Source: Demequinaceae bacterium (GTDB lineage: Bacteria; Actinomycetota; Actinomycetes; Actinomycetales; Demequinaceae). Taken from it: DNA of 32,000 nucleotides. Numbering within the stretch: position 1 is the first letter of the stretch; every line of letters begins with the position of its first letter. The notes under the pieces are model-generated. The model was not told the DNA's origin. It made no database searches and was given only the letters and a program-made list of their open reading frames with translations. The stretch is taken from positions 990,001 through 1,022,000 of the forward strand of contig OZ252279.1 in NCBI GenBank assembly GCA_965250005.1. Reading direction: 5' to 3'. Below are positions 19,261 through 29,294 of this stretch, in pieces. Position numbers and translations under genes: made by a program.

Positions 19261-20091
19261 ATGTCCATCAGCGAAGATGAGTTCATCATTGGCGAGGGCG
19301 TCGTACTCGATGCCGCCGCCGCGACCGTTGGCCTGCGGTTCTTGGCCGGGCTCCTCGATATTGTGATTCTCGGCGTCGTCTACTGGTTCACCTTGGTCGC
19401 GTTCGGCATCGGTGGACTGTTCTCCGTCGACTTCGCTCTCTTCTCTGCGCTCCTCCTCGCCCACTTCGTCGCAGTGTTTGTCGGCATTCCCGTGACGATC
19501 GAGACGCTAACGCGCGGCCGAAGCGTGGGCAAACTGGCCGCAGGAATCCGCATCGTTCGCGACGACGGCGGCCCGATTGGCTTTCGCCAAGCTTTTGTGC
19601 GCGCGCTCGTCGGTTTGATCGAGTCCTGGCTTACGTTCGGCTCCGTCGCTTTCCTCACGTCGCTGGTGTCAAAGCGCAGCAAGCGCGTCGGCGACATGTT
19701 CGCAGGGACGTATGCGCTGCGTGTGCGAGGCCCGCGACACGTGGCCGCGGCGCTGTACATTCCGCCCGCGTTGCAGGCTTGGTCCACTACCGCCGACATC
19801 CGTAGGCTCCCGGACGGCCTTGCACTACAGGCCCGTCAGTTTTTGTCGCGCGCGGCAACTCTCTCGCCCGCGTCGCGCGCGCACTTCGGCACCCTGTTCC
19901 AGTCGAAGGTCGCGCCGTACGTCGCGCCCCCGCCCCCAGTCGAGACGCACCCCGAGACGTTCCTCATGGCCGTGTTGGCCACGCGCCGGGACCGCGAGTA
20001 CGCGATCGCCGTGGAGCACATGCGTGCGGACGCCGAGCAGTCGAAGGGTGTGCAACGACTCCCGTTCGGCGTTCCCGACGTGTCCGACTAG
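19261..20091 (+). CDS. RDD family membrane protein
   Basis: ATG at 19261 after GAGGGGG. VGLRFLAGLLDIVILGVVYWFT...TRGRSVGKLAAGIRIVRDDGGPIGFRQAFVRALVG. Confidence 0.9.
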   Translation: MSISEDEFIIGEGVVLDAAAATVGLRFLAGLLDIVILGVVYWFTLVAFGIGGLFSVDFALFSALLLAHFVAVFVGIPVTIETLTRGRSVGKLAAGIRIVRDDGGPIGFRQAFVRALVGLIESWLTFGSVAFLTSLVSKRSKRVGDMFAGTYALRVRGPRHVAAALYIPPALQAWSTTADIRRLPDGLALQARQFLSRAATLSPASRAHFGTLFQSKVAPYVAPPPPVETHPETFLMAVLATRRDREYAIAVEHMRADAEQSKGVQRLPFGVPDVSD

Positions 20092-20094
20092 CCG

Positions 20095-21546
20095 CTAGTA
20101 GCGGTAGTGATCAGGCTTGAACGGCCCCTCGACTTTGACGCCGATGTAATCGGCCTGCTCGGGCGTGAGCTCCGTGAGCCGCACCCCGAGCGGGTCGAGG
20201 TGCATGCGGGCAACTTTCTCGTCCAGCACCTTGGGCAACCGGTGGACGCCCAGCGGGTAGGCGTCGATGTTGGTCCACAATTCGATCTGCGCGAGCACCT
20301 GGTTCGCGAACGACGTGCTCATCACGAACGACGGATGCCCCGTTGCGTTGCCAAGGTTTAGCAGGCGGCCCTCGCTCAGCACGATCACGCTGTGGCCGTC
20401 GGCGAACACCCACTCGTCCACTTGCGGCTTGACGGGGACGTGCTTCGCTCCGGTCGCGGCGAGCCCGGCCATGTCTATCTCGTTGTCGAAGTGGCCCACG
20501 TTGCCCACCACAGCTTTGTCCTTCATCGCAGCCATGTGTGCGGCCGTGATGATGCCGAAGTTGCCGGTGGTGGTGATGAAGAAGTCCGCTGTCTCGACCA
20601 CGTCGTCGATGCGCGCGACCTGGTAGCCGTCCATCGCGGCCTGGAGCGCACAAATGGGATCGACCTCGGCGACGATCACGCGAGCGCCCTGTCCGCGCAG
20701 CGCCTCCGCCGCTCCCTTGCCCACGTCCCCGTATCCGGCGACCATCGCGACTTTGCCGCCAATCAGCATGTCGGTGCCGCGCATCAGGCCATCGGGAAGC
20801 GAGTGCCGGATGCCGTAGCGGTTATCGAACTTGGACTTGGTCACGGAGTCGTTGACGTTGATCGCGGGGAACAGCAGCTCGCCGCGCTCGTGGAGCTGGG
20901 CAAGGCGGTGCACGCCGGTGGTCGTCTCTTCGCTGGTGCCCACGATTCCAGCCGCCATGCGCGTGAACCGTTTGGGGTCCGTGGCGAGCGACCGCCGCAG
21001 CACGCCGTGCATGGCCTCCAACTCGGCCACGTAGCCCTGCTCCGCGGGATCGACCGGCGCGGGTACCTCTCCAGCTGCCTCTGCCTTGACTCCTTCGTGG
21101 ACCAGGAGCGTCGCGTCAGCGCCGTCGTCAAGGATCACGTTTGGGCCGGCCTCGCTTGGCCAGGTGAGAATCCGGTCGGTGTAATCCCAGTACTCCTCGA
21201 GCGTCTCGCCCTTGACGGCGAAGACAGGCACTCCGGCGGGCTCGTCGAGCGTGCCGGAGCCAATCGCTACCGCCGCCGCCGCGTCATCCTGGGTGGAAAA
21301 GATGTTGCACGACGCCCAGCGCACGTCCGCTCCCAGCGCCGTGAGGGTCTCGATCAGCACGGCGGTCTGGACCGTCATGTGGAGCGAGCCGGCGATGCGC
21401 GCACCCTTGAGCGGCTGCGTTGGCCCAAACTCGTCGCGCAGCGCCATGAGGCCGGGCATCTCGTGCTCCGCGAGCGCTATCTGGTGGCGTCCAGCCTCAG
21501 CCAGTGTTATGTCGGCGACAACGAAGTCGGCCTTGGGGTCGGTCAC
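20095..21546 (-). CDS. ahcY: Adenosylhomocysteinase
   Basis: 483 aa. [52 protein letters not shown]-terminal [10 protein letters not shown]. Confidence 0.98.
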   Translation of the reverse strand: MTDPKADFVVADITLAEAGRHQIALAEHEMPGLMALRDEFGPTQPLKGARIAGSLHMTVQTAVLIETLTALGADVRWASCNIFSTQDDAAAAVAIGSGTLDEPAGVPVFAVKGETLEEYWDYTDRILTWPSEAGPNVILDDGADATLLVHEGVKAEAAGEVPAPVDPAEQGYVAELEAMHGVLRRSLATDPKRFTRMAAGIVGTSEETTTGVHRLAQLHERGELLFPAINVNDSVTKSKFDNRYGIRHSLPDGLMRGTDMLIGGKVAMVAGYGDVGKGAAEALRGQGARVIVAEVDPICALQAAMDGYQVARIDDVVETADFFITTTGNFGIITAAHMAAMKDKAVVGNVGHFDNEIDMAGLAATGAKHVPVKPQVDEWVFADGHSVIVLSEGRLLNLGNATGHPSFVMSTSFANQVLAQIELWTNIDAYPLGVHRLPKVLDEKVARMHLDPLGVRLTELTPEQADYIGVKVEGPFKPDHYRY

Positions 21547-22478
21547 TTGGCGCCCTTCTTTTTGGCCGGCGCACGCAACACGTCCGGCTCGAGGTAGATG
21601 AGCCTGGCGGCGGGAACCACGGCGCGGATGGCCGCCTCCGCGTCGTCGATCATTCTCGCGACGGTCACCAGCGTGGCCTTGGCCGGAACGGCCACCTTGG
21701 CGGCGACCAGCACGTCCTCGGGACCCAAGTGCAGGGTCCGCATGTGAATGATTTCTCCCAACTCAGAATCGCGCAACGCCTTGCGAATTTTGCGGACGTC
21801 CTCCGGGGTGGCCGATTCGCCCATCAGCATCGACTTGGTCTCGATGGCGAGAACCACGGCAACGACGCCAAGCAGGAGCCCGATTGCGGCCGTGCCGAAC
21901 GCGTCCCAAATGCCATCACCAGTGATCAGCGTGAGCCCCACGCCCACGAGCGCCAAAACTAGGCCGATGAGTGCGGCGAAATCCTCCAGCAGGATTACCG
22001 GGAGCTCAGGGCTGCGCGACCTCTTGATGAACTGCGGGAACGTCGCGTTTCCGCGCACCTTGTTGGATTCGCGGATGGCAGTGCGGAACGACAGTCCCTC
22101 AAGCACGATGCCGACAGTGAGCACGACGATCGGCACCCAGTGCCACGACTCGATAGGCGTAGGGTGCTGGAACTTGTGCCACGCCTCGTACAGCGCGTAG
22201 AGGCCCCCGAGCGTGAAGAGCACCACGGCCACCAAAAACGCGTAGTAGTACCGGGCGCGCCCGTAGCCGAACGGATGGTCCGCGGTCTCCTCTCGCTTGG
22301 CGCGCTTGCCTCCCACCAACAAGAGCACCTGGTTGCCTGAGTCGGCGACGGAGTGCACCGACTCCGCGAGCATCGATGACGCGCCCGTCAGCAAGTACGC
22401 GACAAACTTCGTTACCGCAAGTCCCATATTGGCGGTGAGAGCCGCCATGATCGCTTTGGTTCCACCTTCTGTTGCCAC
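21543..22478 (-). CDS. Cation diffusion facilitator family transporter
   Basis: [59 protein letters not shown] at 22478, ATGA overlap with ahcY. Confidence 0.92.
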   Translation of the reverse strand: MATEGGTKAIMAALTANMGLAVTKFVAYLLTGASSMLAESVHSVADSGNQVLLLVGGKRAKREETADHPFGYGRARYYYAFLVAVVLFTLGGLYALYEAWHKFQHPTPIESWHWVPIVVLTVGIVLEGLSFRTAIRESNKVRGNATFPQFIKRSRSPELPVILLEDFAALIGLVLALVGVGLTLITGDGIWDAFGTAAIGLLLGVVAVVLAIETKSMLMGESATPEDVRKIRKALRDSELGEIIHMRTLHLGPEDVLVAAKVAVPAKATLVTVARMIDDAEAAIRAVVPAARLIYLEPDVLRAPAKKKGAK

Positions 22479-22482
22479 GCGT

Positions 22483-23910
22483 CTAACCCTCTTCCCTAAC
22501 GGCGGCAAGCGCCCGATCACGCACGTCCTCCATGACGGCACGCGAGGCGGCCTCGACATTGACCCGAATCACGGGCTCGGTGTTGGAAGCCCGGACGCTC
22601 AACCACCACTTTGGCTCGGTCGCCCAGTGGCTCACGAAGAGCCCGTCGAACTCGTCGGCCTCGACGCCGTCTTGGCCATCGACGAACTCCGCGCGGATGC
22701 GCTCGATCGCCTGGCCAACGTCAGGGACGCGGGAATTGATCTCTCCCGAGTTTGCGTACGGGTCGTAGGTCTGGAGAATCTCGCTCAGCGGCGCGGCCTG
22801 CTCGCCCAGTGCCGACAGCACATGCATCGCGGCCAGCATGCCCGAGTCGGCGTACCAAAAATCGCGGAAGTAGAAGTGTGCACTGTGCTCGCCGCCGAAT
22901 ACCGCGTTGTGCTCCGCCATGAGCGCCTTGACATTGCTATGGCCCACCTTGGAGCGCACGGTCACGCCGCCAGCATCTCCAATCAACTCCTGAACCGCCA
23001 TCGACGACACCACGTTGTGAATCACCGTAGGCGTGGCGCCTGCGGCGAGTTCGCGGGCGGTCTCGCGCAGGCCCACGAGCGCCGTGACGGTCGAGGCCTT
23101 GACCACTTGCCCGCGCTCGTCCACCGCGAAGCACCGGTCCGCGTCGCCGTCGAACGCAAGCCCGATGTCGGCCCCGTGCTCCTTGACGGCCGCCTGCAGG
23201 TCGACCAGGTTCTTCTCTTCGAGCGGGTTTGCTTCGTGGTTGGGAAACGTGCCGTCGAGTTCGAAGTAGAGCGGGACGATGTCGAGGGGAAGCTCGGGCA
23301 GCCCCGCTGCCGTTCCGAGCACGGCGGGCACGGTGTATCCGCCCATGGCGTTGGCGGCGTCAACGACAACCTTGAGCGGGCGCACCCGACTGAGGTCAAC
23401 AAGCCCACGCAGAAAGCTTGCGTATTCCGCGAGGGTGTCGTGGTCGCGACTCACCCCGCGCTGGTCCGCGGAGGGGATACCTTCGACCAAATAGGTGGCG
23501 GTGAGGTCGCGAATCTCTGCGAGCCCCGAATTTTCGCCAACCGCGCGCGCGAGCGCCCGGCAAAGTTTGATGCCGTTGTACTCGGCAGGATTGTGGCTCG
23601 CGGTGATCATCGCGCCCGGAATGTCGAGAGCGCCTGAGGCGTGGTACAGCCCGTCGGTCGAGCACATGCCGATCACGACAGCGTTAATCCCGCGTTCGTT
23701 GAGCCCATCGACGAACGCGGCGGTAAGCGCAAGGCCGGATTCCCGCATGTCTCGCCCAATAGCGACTTCGGCAAAGCCATCAGGAATGACCACAACGTCG
23801 GCGAACGCAGCAGCGATTGCGCGCACGACGTCATCGGTCAGGCTGTCGCCAACGATGCCGCGCACGTCGTACGACTTGATGAGGTCAGAAAGGTCGGGTT
23901 TGTTGGTCAC
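22483..23910 (-). CDS. manB: Phosphomannomutase/phosphoglucomutase
   Basis: IKSYDVRGIVG, catalytic TASHNPAEYNGIKL, metal loop AFDGDADRCF, 475 aa. Confidence 0.93.
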   Translation of the reverse strand: MTNKPDLSDLIKSYDVRGIVGDSLTDDVVRAIAAAFADVVVIPDGFAEVAIGRDMRESGLALTAAFVDGLNERGINAVVIGMCSTDGLYHASGALDIPGAMITASHNPAEYNGIKLCRALARAVGENSGLAEIRDLTATYLVEGIPSADQRGVSRDHDTLAEYASFLRGLVDLSRVRPLKVVVDAANAMGGYTVPAVLGTAAGLPELPLDIVPLYFELDGTFPNHEANPLEEKNLVDLQAAVKEHGADIGLAFDGDADRCFAVDERGQVVKASTVTALVGLRETARELAAGATPTVIHNVVSSMAVQELIGDAGGVTVRSKVGHSNVKALMAEHNAVFGGEHSAHFYFRDFWYADSGMLAAMHVLSALGEQAAPLSEILQTYDPYANSGEINSRVPDVGQAIERIRAEFVDGQDGVEADEFDGLFVSHWATEPKWWLSVRASNTEPVIRVNVEAASRAVMEDVRDRALAAVREEG

Positions 23911-23942
23911 GGAACTACGGTAGTCGCCTCGCGCGCGTTGGA

Positions 23943-24293
23943 CTACACCACGCGAAGGTGCCCTCTGCGGGGCGGCTCTTTCTCCGCCACAGGCAGACCC
24001 GTGGTCTCGGGGTCGGGTTCGCGGCTCTTGCCCGCCTCGCGGACCGCGTGCGCCAGCGCGTCGATGTCATCGGCCGAGGGCGGCGGTTCCGCGAACTCTT
24101 GCTGTATCCGCACCACGTCCCAGCCGCGGGGCGCAGAGAACCGCTCGGCATGGCGCGCGCACATGTCGTACGCGTGCGGCTCAGCGTGCTGAGCGAGAGA
24201 TCCGACCACTACCGTCGAATCGGCGTATACGTACGTCAGCGTGGCCGCTGCGGGCGCGCCACAGGAAGTTTTGGAGCAGTGCCGAGTACTCAT
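23943..24293 (-). CDS. DUF3499 family protein
   Basis: MSTRHCSKTSCGAPAAATLTYVYADSTVVVGSLAQHAEPHAYDMCARHAERFSAPRGWDVVRI. Cys-rich small protein; start at 24293 rather than 24662. Confidence 0.88.
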   Translation of the reverse strand: MSTRHCSKTSCGAPAAATLTYVYADSTVVVGSLAQHAEPHAYDMCARHAERFSAPRGWDVVRIQQEFAEPPPSADDIDALAHAVREAGKSREPDPETTGLPVAEKEPPRRGHLRVV

Positions 24294-24367
24294 CACATTT
24301 CGGACGCTACCCTCGCAACAGCGCACGACCGGGGCACCACGCCGGGCCACAGCGCTAGGGTCGCCAT

Positions 24368-24769
24368 ATGAGCGGTCGCGATAGGCATGGACGGGGACTT
24401 CGACGCCCCCTCTTGCCCCCCGAGTCGCCCGGTCGCCGCACCAATCGCAAGCAGTTCGACGACACGGTAGCCGCTTGTGCCGCCAATCTCGAGAAACGTT
24501 GGGGTGACGCGTGGGGAACAGTCGAGTTTGCCGTTGAGGAGGTCCCTCCGTCCACACCCGCGGCGTGGGAGACCGGGATACCGCTCGGGAGGCTTTTCCC
24601 CGCTGACGCAGGTCAGCCCGCTCGCATCGTCGTCTATCGCAAGCCCGTGGAACAGCGTGCAATTGACCGCGAAGACCTAAGCGGGCTCGTACGGGACGTG
24701 ATCACGGACAACGTGGCTCACCTACTAGGAAAGCCTCCGCGCGAGGTCGACCCCACCTACGGCTCCTAG
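24368..24769 (+). CDS. Metallopeptidase (zincin-like) family protein with degenerate active site
   Basis: WGTVEFAVEEVPPSTP...RIVVYRKPVEQRA...LSGLVRDVITDNVAHLLGKPPREVDPTYGS. Family architecture with DNVAH in place of HExxH. Confidence 0.7.
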   Translation: MSGRDRHGRGLRRPLLPPESPGRRTNRKQFDDTVAACAANLEKRWGDAWGTVEFAVEEVPPSTPAAWETGIPLGRLFPADAGQPARIVVYRKPVEQRAIDREDLSGLVRDVITDNVAHLLGKPPREVDPTYGS

Positions 24770-26100
24770 CGGCCCGAAGAGTATGTGGCTGGCGCGACCG
24801 ATATTGGCAGCGCCTCGATGGTAACGTCCGTTGGCTCGACCGCCGTCGCGAATCCCGGTTCATCCTCGACAATCACCACCCACGAGACGGCGCCATCGAC
24901 ACGAATCAGCGCGCCGCTGGAGACGGTGAGCGGCATGTGTATCGCGGTGCCCGCGAGCATGTCGCGCTCGAGCACTACGACGTTCCGGCGCACGTCGACC
25001 ACCTCGAGCGTGGTCGCTTCGTACGCGTACGCGTCCACCCAGCGCTCGTAATGAGGAACCATCAGCTGCAGGTCCCGGTCGTCACGGCGTGGCTGCGCGG
25101 CCACCCAAACGAAATCGCGAGCGACATCGTCCTCGAGGCCTTCTTCGGGCGCTCGCGAGCGTTGAGAGAACGCTGCTGCAATCACCGGTGCGTCTGCTTC
25201 GATCACCACTGCTCCGCCGTCCACATCAGGAACCGTCAGATCCACGACGGTGCCCGCTTCGAGTTCCAGCGTCTGGATGCCGGGCCACGCGACCTCTCCG
25301 AGCCTGTCGAATAGTCGCAAGGAGACGTCAGCACCATCGGGGGCGAGCAGACGGACGACCGAGGAACCTGCTCCGTCGGCGTCACTCGGACCGACGGCCG
25401 AGATCACGAGGCTCATCGCAGGCTGAGGCGACGGGCCGACCCAGTCGGATCCTGCGGGCAGGAAGCCGTCGAGCCTGGAATCTTGAAGGGCCGCAACGAC
25501 TCCGGCGGCACTCGCCTCGACGTGGACGACAATAGCGAAGAGCTCTGCGGCGACGCCCTCGAGCAGAAGTGCCTGTTGAGCGCCCGCGCCCACAGCCGTG
25601 AAAACTTGGCGGCTAACGGCACCAGCCGGGCCGTGGATCGTAATGGTGACCTCGCTTGGCGATGTCGTGGGATTGGTCAGAACCATGCGGACGCTATTTC
25701 CTCGCGTCGTGGCGCCGCCGACCAGCCAAGCATCGTTCGTCGGCTCGGTACACGCGAGCGCAGCAAGCCCGGCGATGTCTCCCGTGCCCACGCGTTCAAT
25801 CGACGTGGACAACTCGCTCTGACTCGCCCACCCGGCGCCCACGGCCACAGGATCGGCCGCGCTCGTCGCGTACAGGCTGAATCGAATGTCGTTTGACCCC
25901 GCACCGATTTGCCCGCTCGCGGCGCCCGGATCGCCCACGGGAAGCACCATCGAACCGGGACAGGCAAGTGGCTGGTCGCCGGGAACAACGTCCACGACTG
26001 ACACCCGCCCTGCGGCGGGTGGGTACGTTGTGGGCACGACCACCACCGCGGCGATCACTGCGGCAGCGACTGCGAGCGTTCCCACGGCCCGGGCAATCAC
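24766..26100 (-). CDS. DUF5719 family protein
   Basis: GTG at 26100 with GGAAGGAG SD and GTGA overlap with the upstream GT2 gene. N-terminal TM, extracytoplasmic beta-rich repeats. Confidence 0.75.
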   Translation of the reverse strand: MIARAVGTLAVAAAVIAAVVVVPTTYPPAAGRVSVVDVVPGDQPLACPGSMVLPVGDPGAASGQIGAGSNDIRFSLYATSAADPVAVGAGWASQSELSTSIERVGTGDIAGLAALACTEPTNDAWLVGGATTRGNSVRMVLTNPTTSPSEVTITIHGPAGAVSRQVFTAVGAGAQQALLLEGVAAELFAIVVHVEASAAGVVAALQDSRLDGFLPAGSDWVGPSPQPAMSLVISAVGPSDADGAGSSVVRLLAPDGADVSLRLFDRLGEVAWPGIQTLELEAGTVVDLTVPDVDGGAVVIEADAPVIAAAFSQRSRAPEEGLEDDVARDFVWVAAQPRRDDRDLQLMVPHYERWVDAYAYEATTLEVVDVRRNVVVLERDMLAGTAIHMPLTVSSGALIRVDGAVSWVVIVEDEPGFATAVEPTDVTIEALPISVAPATYSSGR

Positions 26101-29100
26101 GCTCGCTCCTTCCGAAACCGGCGGTTCTGCAGGGGAATCGCGTTGATCAGTGACCACGCAAGCGCGAGCAGCCCGGCCCACCACCAAGCACGGTAACTGG
26201 AATCGTAGTAGCGGATCTCAAGCTCGCCCGAGTCGGCGCCAACAGCAAATGCCTGATTACCGTTCACGTCGCTCGCCACAAGAGCGTGACCGTCGAGCGT
26301 TGCCACCCAGGCGTCGCTCTTCGCGGCGGCAAGCACAACCATCCTGTCGGCCGCGCCCATCGGTACCGCAACAACGAGCCCAACCGGCGAGCTGTCGAGT
26401 GGCGTCACGCCGTCCCCTTCGCTTTGCAACCATGCGCGGGCCACGCGGGCAGCATCGTCCGACTCCGATGCGCCGGCGGGCGCCACGCGCCACGAAACCC
26501 CGCGTTCGCTCGAACCGATGAGCGAGAGACCGTCGACGCGCAGCATAGCCGAGATCACCGCGTCCGACTCAGGAGCGACGACCACCACTCCGATCCCCGA
26601 ATGATTTAGCCCGACCGCCGCATCGCCCGCTGCTCCGGCCAGCGCCGCGACAACCGGCGCAATCGCCTGGAGATCGAATTCGCTCGAGCCTGCGGAGGCA
26701 GGGTGCCCTTCAGCGTCGAGGAATCCGCGCCCGGGCAGCGCTGACCAGCCATCGCGGGAGACGACGCTGTAGCGCACCACGCCATCGTCCTCCCACAGCA
26801 CAACCACGCGAGTGAGCGGCGGCGCCTGTTGTTCGAGTTGGGCGACCAACGGGAGGACTGCCGCGCTAGCCGGGTGGACGTCTCCGCCAAAGCCGCGACC
26901 CGGCCAGATGGTCGCAGCAACGTGAACGACGAGAATGGCGGCAACAAATCCTGCGGCAGCTACGTTCGCGGCCCGCGCGATCCGACGCTCTATCTCTGGA
27001 ATCGCGGTAGCTTTCTGGCCAGGCGCGGGGGTGCGGGCGGAACCAGCACCCACCGCGGCGGCACCCAGGAATCCGAGCGCCATCAGAGACAGCCCTGGGC
27101 CCGGCCACCCATTTGCTTCTGCGGATCCGTCGCCGGCTGCATATACGGCGATGGTTCGGTGGGCGAGAACGGCGGCGGCAAGCCCCACGGCTGCCACGGC
27201 CCAGCCCACGCGTACCGCTGTTGCCGCCCGCTTCCCGGCGAGCGCGGCGAGCGCCGCAGCGACCACCATCACTCCGGCGAGATACGCGAGCGCTACGTTG
27301 GCGGAGGCAGTAGCTCCCGTCCACTCCGGCGGCAACTGCGCCACGCCTAGCAGGAGTTGCCAGGGGTCGACAAGATCAGACGCGAGCGCCGGCCCTGGCT
27401 CCCGAACCAGCAGGGCCGCCCACGCCTCGCTTCCACGCGCTTGCCACGTATTCCAAAGTGCCGCGCCATGAATGATGACCGCAGGGACAGGCACCGTGAA
27501 GACGTAGCGCCTGTGCCCCGTCGCGACCACGCCGAGCACCAGCACCCCGATCACGAGCGGCGCAAGGAGAATGGGCGCCGCGATAGTGACAACAGCCATT
27601 AACCCGGCCGCAACTGCCGCCGCGCTGGGAGATCCGATCCTTGAGGCGGGAAACTCTGCTCCGTCACCCAGGAGGTCACGACGTTGCGCCGCGACCGCGC
27701 GGGCGAGCGCGAGCGCGAACAACGGCAGCGCAATGTGGGCGATCGCGGCACCAAGTCGGCCGTCGGAAATCGACTGGATGTAGGCAGGCCATGCAGCCCA
27801 AGCAATGGCGACAAAGCCCCTCGCAACAACGGATCGGGTCGCCGCACCCGCTGCGAACCAGGCCCCTACGCCTGCCAGCAAGGGGCCTAGGGCCAGCAGG
27901 AGCCCAACTCCCATCGAGAGACCGCCGGGTACCAGGCTCAGTGGAAGCATCAATCCTGCCCACGAGCCGTCGAGTGCGGGACCACCAAGGGCGGACTCAG
28001 ACCAACCAGTCCACGTTCGAAGCCACAACTCAGACGTCGACACGTCGGTAGCGCCGAGCGAACTGCCCGTGAGCATGTCTCCACCCGCAAGAGGAGTAAA
28101 CCACGTGCCGAACAGCGCGATGCTCAGCGCAACAAGAACGACGCCCAGGCCTCCGAACGCCCACCGCCGCCGCCGCGCAATAGCTCTCAGCTCGGATTCT
28201 TGAACATCCGTGGGTGTGTTCTGTGCACGCCACCGTTCGTAGGCACCGAGTTCACGAGTTCTCACGTGGCGCGCGATGTCGAGGGCGCTCGCGAGCAGTG
28301 GCCGCTCGACCTCGCGCTTGCCTGCCGTCGCCACCGCCTTGCGGGACGCGCCAAGCCGTCGCATGCGAGCAGCGACTACGACGGGAGCGCGAAGCTCGGC
28401 CGTCACCAAACGCAGGTCATTGGAGGCAATTCGGAATACCGCGCGGGAGACGGCCGAAACTGCTGCCCAGACGGCGATCAGCGGCACCGCCCAGACCGGG
28501 GACCAGGCCATCGCGTGATACCACTCAGCGGCTCTGCGCTGAGCGTGCGCGCCCCGATGGTCTGATCCTGCGTCCGACGGGCCCTTGCGGCCGTAGAGAG
28601 CCGCCTGGGCATGGCGCACGCGTGCTCCCGGAACGACGACGACATCGTGCCCAGCGCGCCACACGCGGCGGCAGAATTCGGCGCTATCCCCAAACTTGCC
28701 GTAGGCAGGATCCGTTCCCCCGAGTTTGTCCCACACCGCTCTGGTCACCAACGCCCCAGCAAGCCCGACCGCCAAGACGTCCTCACGCCCCTCGTGCTGA
28801 CCCTGATCAAGATCGTCCTGCTCGACGAGGCTCAGACGACGGCCACCGAGCCGCGAGACAGTCACGCCGATGTTGACGAGTTTCGATCCGTCATCCCAGC
28901 GCGTCTGCGCCGCGCCGAACACTGCCGCGCTGCGCCGTTTGCGAGTGGCGGCGAGGAGTTTTCGAAGTGCGTTCGGTGCCGGTGCGCAATCGTCGTGCAG
29001 CAACCAAAGGCGCTCGTCCGCTTCGGGCTCGACCGTTGCGAGAAGCGCCGACACGGCCTCACCGAACGTGCGCGCCTTCACGTGGGAGACGCCGATGTCA

Positions 29101-29270
29101 GCGCCCTCGGGAACGCTCAATTCGGCATCGTCACCCCCGCCAGCATTCACGATGTGCCACGCATCAATCTGGTGGTCTTGCGCAGCAAGCGCGGCCACGG
29201 CATCGGCAAAGAAGCCAGATTTTCCCGCAGTCACCAACACGGCGCGCACAAAAGGTGCTGCGGGCTTCAA
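26097..29270 (-). CDS. Large glycosyltransferase family 2 membrane protein (N-terminal GT2, multi-TM C-terminal part)
   Basis: 1057 aa. VRAVLVTAGKSGFFADAVAALAAQDHQIDAWHIVNAGG...LWLLHDDCAPAPNALRKLL...AYGKFGDSAEFCRRVWRAGHDVVVVPGARVRH, then many hydrophobic helices. Confidence 0.87.
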   Translation of the reverse strand: MKPAAPFVRAVLVTAGKSGFFADAVAALAAQDHQIDAWHIVNAGGGDDAELSVPEGADIGVSHVKARTFGEAVSALLATVEPEADERLWLLHDDCAPAPNALRKLLAATRKRRSAAVFGAAQTRWDDGSKLVNIGVTVSRLGGRRLSLVEQDDLDQGQHEGREDVLAVGLAGALVTRAVWDKLGGTDPAYGKFGDSAEFCRRVWRAGHDVVVVPGARVRHAQAALYGRKGPSDAGSDHRGAHAQRRAAEWYHAMAWSPVWAVPLIAVWAAVSAVSRAVFRIASNDLRLVTAELRAPVVVAARMRRLGASRKAVATAGKREVERPLLASALDIARHVRTRELGAYERWRAQNTPTDVQESELRAIARRRRWAFGGLGVVLVALSIALFGTWFTPLAGGDMLTGSSLGATDVSTSELWLRTWTGWSESALGGPALDGSWAGLMLPLSLVPGGLSMGVGLLLALGPLLAGVGAWFAAGAATRSVVARGFVAIAWAAWPAYIQSISDGRLGAAIAHIALPLFALALARAVAAQRRDLLGDGAEFPASRIGSPSAAAVAAGLMAVVTIAAPILLAPLVIGVLVLGVVATGHRRYVFTVPVPAVIIHGAALWNTWQARGSEAWAALLVREPGPALASDLVDPWQLLLGVAQLPPEWTGATASANVALAYLAGVMVVAAALAALAGKRAATAVRVGWAVAAVGLAAAVLAHRTIAVYAAGDGSAEANGWPGPGLSLMALGFLGAAAVGAGSARTPAPGQKATAIPEIERRIARAANVAAAGFVAAILVVHVAATIWPGRGFGGDVHPASAAVLPLVAQLEQQAPPLTRVVVLWEDDGVVRYSVVSRDGWSALPGRGFLDAEGHPASAGSSEFDLQAIAPVVAALAGAAGDAAVGLNHSGIGVVVVAPESDAVISAMLRVDGLSLIGSSERGVSWRVAPAGASESDDAARVARAWLQSEGDGVTPLDSSPVGLVVAVPMGAADRMVVLAAAKSDAWVATLDGHALVASDVNGNQAFAVGADSGELEIRYYDSSYRAWWWAGLLALAWSLINAIPLQNRRFRKERA

Positions 29271-29294
29271 GGCCGCCTCACCACGCTTAGCCGA

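Noticed and set aside
20392-21597. 401-aa plus-strand ORF opposite ahcY
   Set aside because: Shadow ORF from GC-rich third positions. The minus strand encodes clear adenosylhomocysteinase across the same DNA, and the antisense translation shows no recognisable motif.
22297-23637. 446-aa plus-strand ORF opposite the CDF transporter and manB
   Set aside because: Antisense to two clearly conserved genes. Composition is typical of a shadow frame (Val/Arg/His-rich), with no family motif.
24294-24662. N-terminal extension of the DUF3499 gene
   Set aside because: Overlaps the divergent peptidase gene; family N-terminus MSTRHCSKTSCGAPAAATLTYVYADSTVV begins at 24293.
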